Shown here: positions 1 through 10,347 of the stretch, in pieces
How the letters are laid out: each line of letters begins with the position of its first letter
How positions within the stretch are numbered: the first letter of the stretch is position 1
NCBI GenBank assembly: GCA_963755915.1
Contig: CAVWLP010000002.1
Coordinates: 1,152,001 to 1,216,000 of the forward strand
DNA length: 64,000 bases
Direction of reading: 5' to 3'
Source: an uncultured Phycisphaerales bacterium
Lineage (GTDB): Bacteria; Planctomycetota; Phycisphaerae; Tepidisphaerales; Tepidisphaeraceae
Translations under genes and position numbers: made by a program
Notes under the pieces: model-generated
Databases searched by the model: none
The model's input: only the letters and a program-made list of their open reading frames with translations
What the model was told of the DNA's origin: nothing

Positions 1-1
1 G

Positions 2-166
2 CAGCGAGAAGGTCTGACCATTGCTTTGCCGGATATGAATACCGTCATCGTCAATGTGCGTGATAGTTCCATGGACCTGGAGTTGCTGGATTACATTGCC
101 GCTGCTATCGAGGTAAGTAACGCCGGCAAGGACGCGCTTGTGGATATATTTGGGGAAGGAGGTTGA
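2..166 (+). CDS. 3' end of a hypothetical protein (truncated by window edge)
   Basis: Open frame from position 2 (QREGLTIALPDMNTVIVNVRDSSMDLELLDYIAAAIEVSNAGKDALVDIFGEGG) to TGA at 164-166. Confidence 0.5.
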   Translation, partial: QREGLTIALPDMNTVIVNVRDSSMDLELLDYIAAAIEVSNAGKDALVDIFGEGG

Positions 167-235
167 TTTGTTTTTTCCCATTTTGGCTCGTGTTTGCCAC
201 AAACAATACGCTCGACGCCTCGAATGAGGGAACAG

Positions 236-457
236 TCAACTCTGGTTGCTCGAATCCAAAGATGCGAGAAAGCGCGACCCGCACCGGCGACATATAAAGC
301 GGATGCGGAGGACGGGGTATAGAAGCAGGGCCGAGAGTGTCGTCAGGCACAAGCGCAGCAGGTTTGCGGCGCTAATCTCAACGCGCACGAGATTGCCACT
401 GCATGATGGGCAGTGTGGTCGATGCAATCGGAATGAGCGAATGGAATTTGTGGGCAT
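236..457 (-). CDS. small zinc-ribbon membrane protein (hypothetical)
   Basis: MPTNSIR...HCPSCSG...hydrophobic stretch...FICRRCG; two CxxC pairs flanking a TM-like segment. Confidence 0.45.
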   Translation of the reverse strand: MPTNSIRSFRLHRPHCPSCSGNLVRVEISAANLLRLCLTTLSALLLYPVLRIRFICRRCGSRFLASLDSSNQS

Positions 458-491
458 ATGAAAGCGCCGCCTTGCGGCGGCAATTTGGGGG

Positions 492-833
492 CTACTGCCC
501 GGTGATACCACCAGAGGCGATTTCGACGCTATTGACGCCTGCGGCACGGAATCCACTGCAGATTCGCTGGGCGTCGGAGTAGCTTACGACAACCCCGGCA
601 TTCCCGCGAATGATGATCGATTGGGGATGGTATTCCTGCACCAGGTTGGGAATGTCCCTGGAGGTGGCATACCAGCCTTCCCAGTTGAAATTGTCCATGC
701 CGAGGAGATAGACCGTGACCGTCTTTGAGGCACCGGCGTTTGTGGCCGAGGCTGGAGGCGTTCGGTCATTCATGGATGCGCAGGCGGTGGCGAGAAGGAC
801 TATGCCGAGGGTAAGGGTGAGTGGGGATTTCAT
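492..833 (-). CDS. lipoprotein with ExbD/TolR-like C-terminal region
   Basis: Signal peptide with lipobox LATAC; C-terminus SIIIRGNAGVVVSYSDAQRICSGFRAAGVNSVEI resembles the ExbD periplasmic pattern. Confidence 0.6.
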   Translation of the reverse strand: MKSPLTLTLGIVLLATACASMNDRTPPASATNAGASKTVTVYLLGMDNFNWEGWYATSRDIPNLVQEYHPQSIIIRGNAGVVVSYSDAQRICSGFRAAGVNSVEIASGGITGQ

Positions 834-911
834 GCGGTGCTCTCAGGTCGAAGATGCGCCGCACGGTTCGACACGGCTCACCGAATTCAAGTGCGGCGGC
901 TACGCGGGGGA

Positions 912-2167
912 TTATAGCGAACGGGTGGCTGCGAGGGTTTCTTTGTAAATCTCGATCAGGCGATCGGTTTTCTGCGCCCAGTCGTAGAGATTCGCCTGCA
1001 CGCGCCGGCGGCCGGCCTGGCCCATTTGTTTTCGCAGCGCGGGGTCGCGGGCGAGGCGGAGCATGGCGTCGGCGAAGGCCTGGACGAAGCCTTCGCGGGT
1101 GGTGGGGGGAATCTTGATGCCGGTTTCGTTGGTGACGTGGATGGCGGGGCCGCCCCAGTCGGTGGCGATGACGGGGAGGGCGACGGCCATGGCTTCGAGG
1201 AGGACGATTCCGCCGACTTCGCGGAGGCTGGGCATGACGAAGACATCGGATTGACGGAGATGGCGATTGGCCTGGTCGGCGGTGACCCAGCCGTGGAAGA
1301 TGACGCGGTTCGTCAGGCCCAGGTCTTGGGTCATTTGCTCGAGGAGTTGGCGGCGTTCGCCGTCGCCGAGGAGGTCCAGGACGGCGCTGGACTCCTGTTC
1401 GGCGACAATTTTGAAGGCGGGGATCAGGAATTGGATGCCTTTTACGTCCGCGAGGCGGCCTAAGTAGACGAAATGGATTTTGTCATCGGTGCGCGGGGGG
1501 AGATCGGGGGCTTTGTCCCAAATGGCGAGATCGACGCCGGCGTCGGGGATCTCGTAGATTTTTCCGGTGATGCCCATGGGAAGGGCGTTTTTGCGCGGTC
1601 GTTGGCGACGATGAGTGCGGCGGCTTTTTTCTTGCCGGGCATGAGAGCATTTAGCGGGGCCGAGAGGGCGCGGCCGAAGATTTCGACGGCGGTGGAGCCG
1701 CGGGTTTCGAGGTGTTTGAAGGCGGGGGGGTAGGTCATGCCACCGGCGAGGGGGCCGATGACGACGGGGACGCCCAGGCCGTACATCAGGCTTACCTGCT
1801 TGGGGGAAACGGGGGTCATCTCGTGGACGAGGTCGATTTTGTGATCGGCGATGAGTTTGCGGACGATTTTTTTCTGGAATCTCTGGTTGAAGAGGTGGCG
1901 GACTACGCCAAAGGTTTGGACGTCGATTTTGTCGGGGAACTGGGAGCCGATTTTCCAGAGGAAGCGGTCGATTTTGGTTTCGGGGGAGAAGTGGATGCGG
2001 TCCTGGTCGTTTGGGAAGGCGGCGAGGACTTCGGGGCGGGTGCGGGCGTGGACGACGAGGTGGATGTCGATGCCGCGTTGGCGGAGGTATTTGAAGAAGA
2101 GCCAGGGGAGGCTGGCCTCGCCGCCGAATTTGAGCGAGGCGTTTTGGGCGACGAGGCAGATTTTCAT
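912..2167 (-). CDS. glycosyltransferase family 4 (GT-B), frameshifted near 1590
   Basis: ORF 1460-2167 gives the N-domain (KFGGEAS); ORF 912-1577 gives YLGRLADVKG, FVMPSLREVGGIVLLEAMAVALPVIATDWGG; joined by a 1-nt loss in an A run. Confidence 0.9.
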
Positions 2168-2200
2168 TTATGTAGGGGAGGGTAGCGGGAGAGATTGTCT

Positions 2201-2260
2201 ATTGCCAATTGCCGATTGCCGAGTTGGGGTGACAAGGTGGCAAGGTGACAAGGTGACAAG
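2201..2260. repeat. heptamer ATTGCC(A/G) repeats followed by 4x octamer GTG(A/G)CAAG
   Basis: attgccaattgccgattgccga at 2201-2222; GTGACAAG GTGGCAAG GTGACAAG GTGACAAG at 2229-2260. Confidence 0.85.
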
Positions 2261-2306
2261 GTGGTGGTGTCGCCGAATTGTGGTTCCTGATTTAGAATGA
2301 GCGGAC

Positions 2307-3266
2307 ATGGACGCGAAGAAGATTGTTGGCGGGGCAGTTAAACTTTGGATTTTGGCGATATTGGCGGGGGCGATATGGTTTTTGTGGGGGGAGAGGGTGA
2401 AGCCGCCGCTGGAGAGCGATATTGAGGAGGCGGAGGAGATCAAGCAGACGAATGTGGAGGTGAGGATCGGTCAGATTCGGAAGATGGCGCTGCGGGAGAC
2501 TGTGGTGGGGTATGGGAATGTTGAGCCGGAGCCGGCGACGGCGAGTGGGCCGGCGGCGGAGGCGCGCGTGGCGGTGGAATGGCCGCCGGCGATTATTGAC
2601 GCCGTGGAGTGCATTGAGGGGGAACATGTGGAGAAGGGGCAGACGTTGCTGACGGTGCATGGGCAGGGAATTGTTTCGCCGATTTCGGGGACGGTGGTGG
2701 GGTTGAACGTACACGGCGGGGAAGTGGGGTTGCCGAATGAAATCGCGGTGGATGTTGTGGACCTCGATCGGCTGGTGATGGCGGTGGGGATTCCGGCGTG
2801 GGAAGCGCGGGGAGTTGAGCCGGGGAAAAATGCGATGGTGGAGATTCCCGCGGATCCGGCGGGGGATTTGGGGGGGGAACCGGACGTGAAATTTGCCGGG
2901 GATGTGGAGCGGGTGGATCGGGCGGCGAATGCGAAGACGGATTTGGTGAGCGTGGATATTGAAGTGCCGAAGGGGATGCACGTGCGGCCCGGGGAGTTTG
3001 GGCGGGCGAGTATTGTCAGGCGGGAACAGGGGGATTGCCTGGTGGTGCCGGCGGATGCGATTGTGCGGGATTCGCTGGATCGGCCTTATATTGCGATGGT
3101 AAGCGATGATCAGAAGCAGGCGACGCTGCAAATGATTCAGCCGGGGATGCGGGAGGGGGATTGGGTGCAGGTGATCGGGGAGGGATTGTCGGCTGGGCAG
3201 ACGATTGTGGTGGGGGGGGCGTATGGGTTGCTGTTTCGGTCGGATATTAAGGTGATGAATCCATGA
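2307..3266 (+). CDS. RND efflux periplasmic adaptor (MFP)
   Basis: N-terminal TM, lipoyl halves (EGEHVEKGQTLL / IVSPISGTVV), LVVPADAIV, GLSAGQTIVVGG; upstream of RND permease. Confidence 0.9.
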   Translation: MDAKKIVGGAVKLWILAILAGAIWFLWGERVKPPLESDIEEAEEIKQTNVEVRIGQIRKMALRETVVGYGNVEPEPATASGPAAEARVAVEWPPAIIDAVECIEGEHVEKGQTLLTVHGQGIVSPISGTVVGLNVHGGEVGLPNEIAVDVVDLDRLVMAVGIPAWEARGVEPGKNAMVEIPADPAGDLGGEPDVKFAGDVERVDRAANAKTDLVSVDIEVPKGMHVRPGEFGRASIVRREQGDCLVVPADAIVRDSLDRPYIAMVSDDQKQATLQMIQPGMREGDWVQVIGEGLSAGQTIVVGGAYGLLFRSDIKVMNP

Positions 3267-3295
3267 GTCGGATTCTTCGTCGATCGGCATGCTCT

Positions 3296-3424
3296 CTTCC
3301 CCCTCTCCCTGTATTCAGGGAGAGGGTTGGGGTGAGGGCAGAGAGAAAATTCCGGGCGCACACGGCCCTCACCCGCGCGGACGTCGTCCGCTTGCCCTCT
3401 CCCGGCGTACCGGGCGAGGGGGAG
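3296..3424. repeat. pair of CCCTCTCCC...GGGAGAGGG (BoxC/REP-like) palindromes
   Basis: cccctctccctgtattcagggagagggttggggtgaggg and inverted copy gccctcacc...gccctctcccggcgtaccgggcgagggg. Confidence 0.8.
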
Positions 3425-3446
3425 AAATGGCCTCGCCATCTCTGAT

Positions 3447-6400
3447 ATGCGTGAAAGTCTTCCCCGATTTGCCCTTCGTCACGCAGTTTCGATCAACTTT
3501 ATCGTCATTGCGCTTTGCGGTGCCGGCGTGTATTCGGCGTTTCATATGCCCTCGGCGCTTTTTCCGCAGACGGAGTTTCCGCGGGTGATCATCATGGTGG
3601 AAAACGGGGTGATGCCGGCGGACGAGATGATGGCCAGCGTGACGCGGCCGATCGAAGAGACGATGAAGCAGATTCCCGGGTGCCAGACTGTGCGGTCGTC
3701 CACCGGGAGGGGGGTGGCGGAAATCGATCTGTTTTTCTCCTGGGACGTCGACATGCGGCAGAGCGAGCTTTACACGCTGGGCAGGCTGTCGCAGATTCGG
3801 CCTGAGCTGCCGGAGACGGTTTCTACGGAAGTTTACCGGATGAACTTTTCGGTTTTTCCGATCATAGGGATCAGCCTGACCGGGTCGGTTCAAAATATGA
3901 CGCAGGCTTGGGAGCTGGCGCGGTATCAACTGAAGCCGGAGCTTTTGCGGATACCCGGGGTGGCGCGGGTGGATTTGGTGGGGGGGCAGGCACCGGAATA
4001 TGCGGTGATTCTGGATCCGCTGCGGATGTCGGCGATGGGGATGGATTTTGCCGCGGTGTGCGATGCGCTGGCGAAAAATAACGCGGTGATTCCATCGGGG
4101 TTTCACCAGGAGGACCATAGTCTTTATCTGACCGTGGTGGACGGGCGGATGCATGATGCGGGGGAATTGGAGGGGATGGTTTTAAGCTCGCCGGGCGGGA
4201 AAATGGGCGGGAAGATTTTTCAATTAAAGGATATCGGGCGGGTCGAGCGCGGGCCTGAACCCGTGTTTGACGTGGTGACGGCCAATGGGTCGGACGCCGT
4301 CCTGCTGAATATTTTTTCGCAGCCGGATGGGAGCACGCTGGATATTGCCAACGAATTGCACCGCGAGCTGGATGCGATTCAGCCTACGCTGCCGGCGGGG
4401 ATGAAGTTGTCGGTGTTTTACGATCAGTCGCTGCTGGTGAAGTCGTCGGTCAAAAGCGTTTGGGATGCGATCATTTTCGGACTCATTTTGGCGGTGGCGA
4501 TTTTGTATCTGTTCCTCTGGGACGCGGGAATGACGCTGGTGGCAACGGCGGTGATTCCGATTACCGTGCTGATCACCATCCTGGGGATGAAGCTGCTGGG
4601 GGAGGGATTTAACCTGATGACGCTGGGGGGAATCGCGGCGGCGATTGGGCTGATTATCGACGATGCGATTGTGGTGGTGGAGGCGATTCATGTGAAGCTG
4701 CTGGCGGGAATGGGCCGGCAGGAGGCGGTGGTCGAGGCGATTGGGGATATCCTGGCTCCGCTGGTGGGGTCGACGATTACACCGGTGGTGGTGTTTATCC
4801 CGCTGGCATTTTTAACCGGAGTTTCGGGTGTTTTCTTCGCGCCCTGGCGATGACGATGGTGATCGGATTGCTGGCGTCGCTGGTGCTGGCGCTGACGATT
4901 ACGCCCTCGCTGGCCAACTGGTTCTTGCACGCGCCAAGCTCAAGGGAGAAGCGCGAGAGCGTCGTGTTTGGGTGGATCACGTCAGTTTACGAATATCTCA
5001 TCAGGCTGGCGCTGCGGCATCGGTGGTTTTTGCTGGGAATGTGCGGATTGGTGTTTGTGGCGGCGTTTGTGCTGTATGGAAAACTCAAAACGGATTTTTT
5101 GCCGCCGATGGATGAAGGGGGATTTATCATCGATTACATCACGCCGCCGGGGACGAGTTTGACGGAAAGCGATCGGCAGATGCGGGTGGCGGAGGGGATT
5201 CTGGCTTCGGTTCCTGAGGTGGAGAGTTATTCGCGGCGGACGGGGACGGCGCTGGGGGTTTCGATCGTGGAGCCGAATACCGGGGATTTTTTGGTGAAGC
5301 TGCGGGATGGTCGAACGCGGACGACCAACCAGGTGATTGCGGAGGTGCGGGAGAAGTTTCGGGAGTCGCTGCCGCGCGTGGACTGGGAATTTCCGGGGAT
5401 TTTGTCGGATCTGATCGGGGATCTGGAGTGGTCGGATGAACCCGTCGAGATCAAGGTTTATTCGACGGACCTGGACGTGCTGAAGAAGGAGGGGCCGGCG
5501 GTTGAGGAGATGCTGGAGAATATTCCGGGAATCGTGGATACGAACAACGGGCTGATTTACACGGGGCCCACGATCAGCCTGCGGGTGAAGGGGGCGGAGG
5601 CGAGGCATTTTGGGCTTACGACGGCGGACATTGGGGATGCCGTGAACACGGCGATGCTGGGGAAAACGAGCTCGACGATTTTGGAGGGAGACCGGATTGT
5701 GGATATCCGCGTGAAGGCCGATCCAACGTCGATCGAGCATGTGGAGGATTTGCGGCGGCTGCCGATTCGGGCTGCGGATGGAACGGTGATTCGGCTGGAC
5801 CAGGTTTGCAATGTGGTCATGGAGCCGGGGCAACTGGAGCTGGAGCGGGATAATCTTCGGCAGAATATTTCGGTGACGGCGCGATTGCAGAACCGCGACC
5901 TGGGGAGCGCGATGCGGGAGGTGAGGAATATTATCGACAACGATCCCTCGCTGCCGCACGATCTGATTGAATATGGGGGCGTTTATCAGCAGCAGCAGGA
6001 GGCGTTCGCGAATCTGCTGGTGGTTTTGGTGACGGCGCTGGCGCTGGTTTTTATTGTGGCGCTCGTTGAGTTTCGCGGGTTCTATGAGCCGATCGCGATT
6101 ATTTTCGGGGCGGCGCTTTCGGTGTTTGGGATCATTCTGGCGGTGCTGATGACGGGGATGACGGTGAATATTGTCACGCTGCTGGGGGCGATTATCGGGA
6201 TGGGGATCGTGCATAAAAATGGGCTGCTGATGCTGGATGCGATCAAGGATTTGCGGGAGAAGGGGGTGGAGCTGGAGCAGGCGATCGTGCAGGCGGGGGC
6301 GAGAAGATTGCGGCCGGTGCTGATGACGTCGCTGGCGGCGGCGCTGGGGATGCTGCCGCTGGCGCTGGGGTTTGGGGCGGCGAATATGCTGAAGCCGCTG

Positions 6401-6532
6401 GCGACGGCGGTGATTGGGGCGGTGTGTGTGTCGGTGATTTTGTCGTTGATTGCGACTCCACTGGCGTATGAGGTTTTGTTGAGGAGATTTTCCCCCGCCC
6501 CCGGTACTCCGGGGGAGGGGGTCGAACGGTGA
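3447..6532 (+). CDS. RND efflux permease (AcrB/CzcA family), frameshifted near 4838
   Basis: ORFs 3447-4853 and 4850-6532; motifs NLMTLGGIAAAIGLIIDDAIVVVE, FLPPMDEG, RLRPVLMTSLAAALGMLPLA. Confidence 0.93.
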
Positions 6533-6583
6533 CGGACGGGCAGCCCCCTCCCTAACCCTCCCCCGGAATACCGGGGGCGGGGA
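6491..6583. repeat. inverted pair of BoxC/REP-like palindromes between convergent genes
   Basis: ccccgcccccggtactccgggggagggg ... cccctccctaaccctcccccggaataccgggggcgggg. Confidence 0.8.
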
Positions 6584-8681
6584 TAGAAGGCGCTTTCACC
6601 CAAGTAGTCCACATCTGGCGATAGGCGGCTTCGATGGCGCGGGTCCAGGCTTTGGCGTCGCAGATGGGGGAGGCACGCATTTTGGGGCGGAGGGACGATC
6701 GGAGCTCGGTGAGGCGGGCGGGATTTTCGGCGAGACTTGCCGCGATGTTGATGAATTCCTCGTCGGTTTTGGCGACGAGATCCCCGAGGTCGAGATTGCA
6801 CGCCTGGCTCCAGCCGGCGCGGCCGGCGATGGTTTTGCCGATGAGGGTGATGACGGGCACGCCCATCCAGAGGGCGTCGAGGCTGGTGGTGTGGCCGTTG
6901 TAGGGGAGGGTGTCGAGGGCGATGTCGATCCGGCGGTAGCCGTCGAGATAATCGCGACGGGTGCCGCGGTCGACGAAGCCGATGCGGGTTGGGTTGATTC
7001 CGTGCTGGGAGAGGGTTTGAGCCAGCGCGGCGCGATGAGCGCCGAGCGGTCCGAGGACGAGAAGGCGGGAATTGGAGACGCGATTGAGAACCCCGGCCCA
7101 GAGCTTCAGCACGACTGGATTGATTTTTCGGAAGCTGTTGAGGCAGCCGAAGGTGATCTGGCCTGACGCGGCCGCCGGTGGGGCGCCGGGATCGGGCTCA
7201 GCGTCAACCTCCATCGCAACGGGGTCGTAGCACCAGAAGGAATGCGGCAGGCGGATGGTTTTTTCGGTGTAGAAGGCTTCGCTTGCGGCATCGGGATCGA
7301 GATAGGGATCGGTAAGGCGGTAGTCAATGGCGCTCACGCCGGTGGTGCCGGGGTAGCCCGCGAAGGTGACCTGGACCGGGGCCGGCTTGTGTCCGAAGAC
7401 CGGCAGGCGGTTGCCGCCGAGGTGAAGGGAGAGATCGACGAGGATGTCGATGCCGTCGGCTCGAATCTGGGCGGCGAGCTTTTCATCGGTCCAGTAGGCG
7501 GTGTCGTGCCAGAAATCTGTCAGGTCGCGATATTGGCGGTTAATGCGGTCAAAATCGGTTGCGCCGCTATAGCAAAAGATCTGGAAGTTTTGGGAGTCGC
7601 GGTTTTTGAGCAGGGGAAGGATGTTGCGTCCGACGACGTGATCGCGGAAATCGGCGGAGACGTAGCCGATTTTAAGCGCCCGATTGGGATCGCGATTATT
7701 CTGGTGCGGCTGAATAGGGCGCGGAGCAGCATGTTGGCATGCCCACTTACTTGATTCTTCCAGGATTCGCGCGGAGTCGTAGTCGGGGTGGAAAAGAATC
7801 GAGAAAACCTTGTGATCGTGAGCGGCGAAATTCGCCGGCCTGAGCTGGATGGCTCTGTCGTAGCAGGCGATCGCCTCGGTGAGGCGGCCGGTTTCCATAA
7901 AGACGTTGCCCAGGGCGTTGTGGGCCTGATCGGAATTGGGAAAGAGCTCGACGTTTTGCTTGCACTCGGCGAGGGCATTGTCCATCTCGCCGCCCTGCCA
8001 GTAGAGGTTTGCCAGCTCGTCGCGAGCGTAGAGATTGTCGGCGGTCATTTTGATCGCCTCGCGAAGGGTGGCGACGGCGTCGTCGATGCGGCCAAGATAT
8101 TTCAGGGCGATGCCGAGCTTGACGCGGGCATCGGCGGTGAAGCCCGGGGGGCCGGGCTGGAGGCGGTCGAGATCGAGCAGCTTGCGGTAGCACTCGGCCG
8201 CCTGGATCCACTGGCCGAGGCCGGCGTGGGCGTCGCCTAAATTGCGCTGGAGGGGCGGATAGTCCTGCCGAATGGCCAGGGCACGCCGGGCCGCGTCGAT
8301 GGCTTGGGCGAATTCGCTCCTGGCGACCAATGCCGCCGAGAGATTGTTCCACGCGAGGAAATGATCCGGGCGCATCGCCAAAACGCGGCGATACATGGGG
8401 ATCGCTTCCTCCAGCCTGTTTCCCAGCAGCAGCGTGTTGGCAAGATTGTTCAGCGCGTCGAGATGATTCGGATTGATCTTGAGAACCTGGCGATAAGACT
8501 GGGCCGCCTCTTCGTGTTTGCCTGCCGCGGCCAGTGTGTTGCCAAGCTTGAAGTGGGCGTCGACGAAGTCGGGCCTGGCGGCGATGGCGCGGCGATATGC
8601 AGCGATCGCCTCGTCGGTCCTGCCGGCCGCCTTGAGCGAGTTGGCGTGATTGAAGTAGGTGTCGGCTTCTTGACCCGGCAT
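6552..8681 (-). CDS. TPR-containing SPINDLY/OGT-like glycosyltransferase (GT41)
   Basis: Multiple TPRs then KIGYVSADFRDHVVG, DGIDILVDLSLH, KPAPVQVTFAGYPGTTG, DIALDTLPYNGHTTSLDALWMGVPVIT. Confidence 0.92.
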   Translation of the reverse strand: MPGQEADTYFNHANSLKAAGRTDEAIAAYRRAIAARPDFVDAHFKLGNTLAAAGKHEEAAQSYRQVLKINPNHLDALNNLANTLLLGNRLEEAIPMYRRVLAMRPDHFLAWNNLSAALVARSEFAQAIDAARRALAIRQDYPPLQRNLGDAHAGLGQWIQAAECYRKLLDLDRLQPGPPGFTADARVKLGIALKYLGRIDDAVATLREAIKMTADNLYARDELANLYWQGGEMDNALAECKQNVELFPNSDQAHNALGNVFMETGRLTEAIACYDRAIQLRPANFAAHDHKVFSILFHPDYDSARILEESSKWACQHAAPRPIQPHQNNRDPNRALKIGYVSADFRDHVVGRNILPLLKNRDSQNFQIFCYSGATDFDRINRQYRDLTDFWHDTAYWTDEKLAAQIRADGIDILVDLSLHLGGNRLPVFGHKPAPVQVTFAGYPGTTGVSAIDYRLTDPYLDPDAASEAFYTEKTIRLPHSFWCYDPVAMEVDAEPDPGAPPAAASGQITFGCLNSFRKINPVVLKLWAGVLNRVSNSRLLVLGPLGAHRAALAQTLSQHGINPTRIGFVDRGTRRDYLDGYRRIDIALDTLPYNGHTTSLDALWMGVPVITLIGKTIAGRAGWSQACNLDLGDLVAKTDEEFINIAASLAENPARLTELRSSLRPKMRASPICDAKAWTRAIEAAYRQMWTTWVKAPSIPAPGIPGEG

Positions 8682-8688
8682 ATTTTAT

Positions 8689-9721
8689 TTATGGCCCCAC
8701 GATGGAGTCGATTTTCGCGAGTTCTTCCGGGGAGAAGTCGCTGCGGTTCAGGGAGGCTACGTTTTCCTTGATCTGCTCGGGCCGGCTGGCGCCGATCAGG
8801 GCGCTGGTAACCGCCGGCAAGCGCAGCGTCCAGGCGAGGGCCATTTGCGCCAGCGATTGTCCGCGGGATTGGGCGATGTCGTTCAGCCGGCGGATGGTCT
8901 CGACTCGCTGGGGCGTGATCTGGTCGGGGCGCAGAAAGCCCGTGGCGGTGCCCGCGCGAATCCTTCGGTATGCCGCTCAAATATTTATTGGTGAGCAGAC
9001 CTTGAGCCAGAGGGCAGAACGCGATAACGCCCAGCCCGAAGCGCTGGGTAACGCCGAGCAAATCTTTTTCGATCGCACGGTAGAGCATGTGGTACGCCGG
9101 CTGATGCAGGATTGGCGGGGTGAGATGCTCGCGCCGGGCGATGGCGACGGCGTCGGCCGTCAGGGCGCCGGGATAGTTGCTGATCGCCGCGTAGATCGCC
9201 TTGCCGCTGCGCACGGCCTGGTCGAGTGCCCCCATCGATTCCTCGACCGGCGTGCCTGCGTCTGGGCAGTGGTGATAAAAGATATCGACGTAATCCAACT
9301 GGAGGCGCTTCAGGGAAGCGTCGAGGCTGGCCAGAAGATATTTCCGCGAGCCGAAGTTTCCGTACGGCCCGGGCCACATTTCGTAGCCAGCTTTTGTGGA
9401 GATGATCAGCTCGTCGCGATAAGACGCAAAATCTTCGCGAAGGATTCTTCCCACGCGCGATTCCGCACTTCCCGGCGGCGGTCCGTAGTTGTTCGCCAGA
9501 TCGAAGTGGGTGATGCCCAGGTCGAAGGCGGTGAAGAGCATCTTCCGGCAGTTTTCGTGGAGCGAGGTTTCGTCGCTGTGATTTTGTGCGTCGGTGCCGG
9601 CGCCGCCGAAATTGTGCCAGCAGCCGAGGCTGATGGCTGGGAGCATCAGGCCTGAATTCCCGCAGCGGCGGGACCAGGACTTGTGCGGGGATTGATAGCG
9701 CTTTGGATTGGGTTCGTACAT
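8689..9721 (-). CDS. gpr: aldo/keto reductase, L-glyceraldehyde 3-phosphate reductase (YghZ/Gpr-like), frameshifted near 8955
   Basis: RRCGNSGLMLPAISLGCWHNFG, THFDLANNYGPPPGSAE, YRDELIISTKAGYEMWPGPYG; C-terminus continues in another frame to TAA at 8689-8691. Confidence 0.85.
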
Positions 9722-9880
9722 GGGAGAAAAGCGGGTGAAGGGAATCGAAAGATTCAACATTCGGCCTGGAACGCCGAGCCGCAATGTGAGTCACCGGTTT
9801 GATTCTAGACGACTTACGTTTTTTGGGAAGGTGGGCAACGGCCCCGATTCCAGAGGGCGGATCGAAAAAACGAACCATCG

Positions 9881-9949
9881 GACGTATTATGCGTCATATA
9901 TGTCGCGTATTTTCTTGATATTATGTTATAAACGGCGTATATTTCGCCG
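9881..9949 (+). promoter_or_regulatory. sigma70-like promoter with two palindromic candidate operators
   Basis: TTGATA(9915)-17-TATATT(9938); GACG-N7-CGTC at 9881-9895 and CGGCG-N7-CGCCG at 9933-9949. Confidence 0.55.
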
Positions 9950-9957
9950 ATAGAGCA

Positions 9958-10347
9958 ATGGCAATGACACTAAGGCAGCTTTCTTCCCGATTGAACGCCC
10001 GGCGGCGTGACCTTGGCATTGGATGCCCGGCCCTGGCCCGGCGCGCCGGTGTGAGCTTGCGCACGGTTCAGCGTGCTTTAGCCGGTGATCCCGCTGCCGA
10101 TCCATCTTTCACGACTCTATCTAGGATCGCGGAAGCGATGGGTATGGACATCAACTTAAAGGCGAAGAATGCGGAAGCATTTAAGCAGGAGCAGGCCGAG
10201 CGAAAGGCGGCGGAGCTTGTCGCACAGGTGCAGGGGACGTCGGGCCTGGAAGCCCAAGGTGTGCCGCTTTCAGAATTGAGGCGGATGAAGAAACAGACTG
10301 CCCGCGAGCTTTTGACGGGATCGTCCCGGAAGTTATGGGCAGCCTGA
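9958..10347 (+). CDS. XRE-family HTH protein, mobile mystery protein A-like
   Basis: HTH (ALARRAGVSLRTVQRAL), QVQGTSGLEAQ and terminal KLW; directly upstream of Fic gene. Confidence 0.8.
   Translation: MAMTLRQLSSRLNARRRDLGIGCPALARRAGVSLRTVQRALAGDPAADPSFTTLSRIAEAMGMDINLKAKNAEAFKQEQAERKAAELVAQVQGTSGLEAQGVPLSELRRMKKQTARELLTGSSRKLWAA

Noticed and set aside
2292-6214. Long antisense ORFs (e.g. 2292-3290, 4982-6214; likewise 17777-18931, 43547-44911, 59670-60947)
   Set aside because: Shadow frames of well-supported genes in GC-rich DNA with His/Arg/Pro-biased composition and no motifs
9904-9931. dif-like site (TTATGTTATAA resembles a XerD arm)
   Set aside because: The left arm lacks the conserved ...ATAA of XerC sites, and the sequence is better explained as the promoter of the XRE/Fic pair
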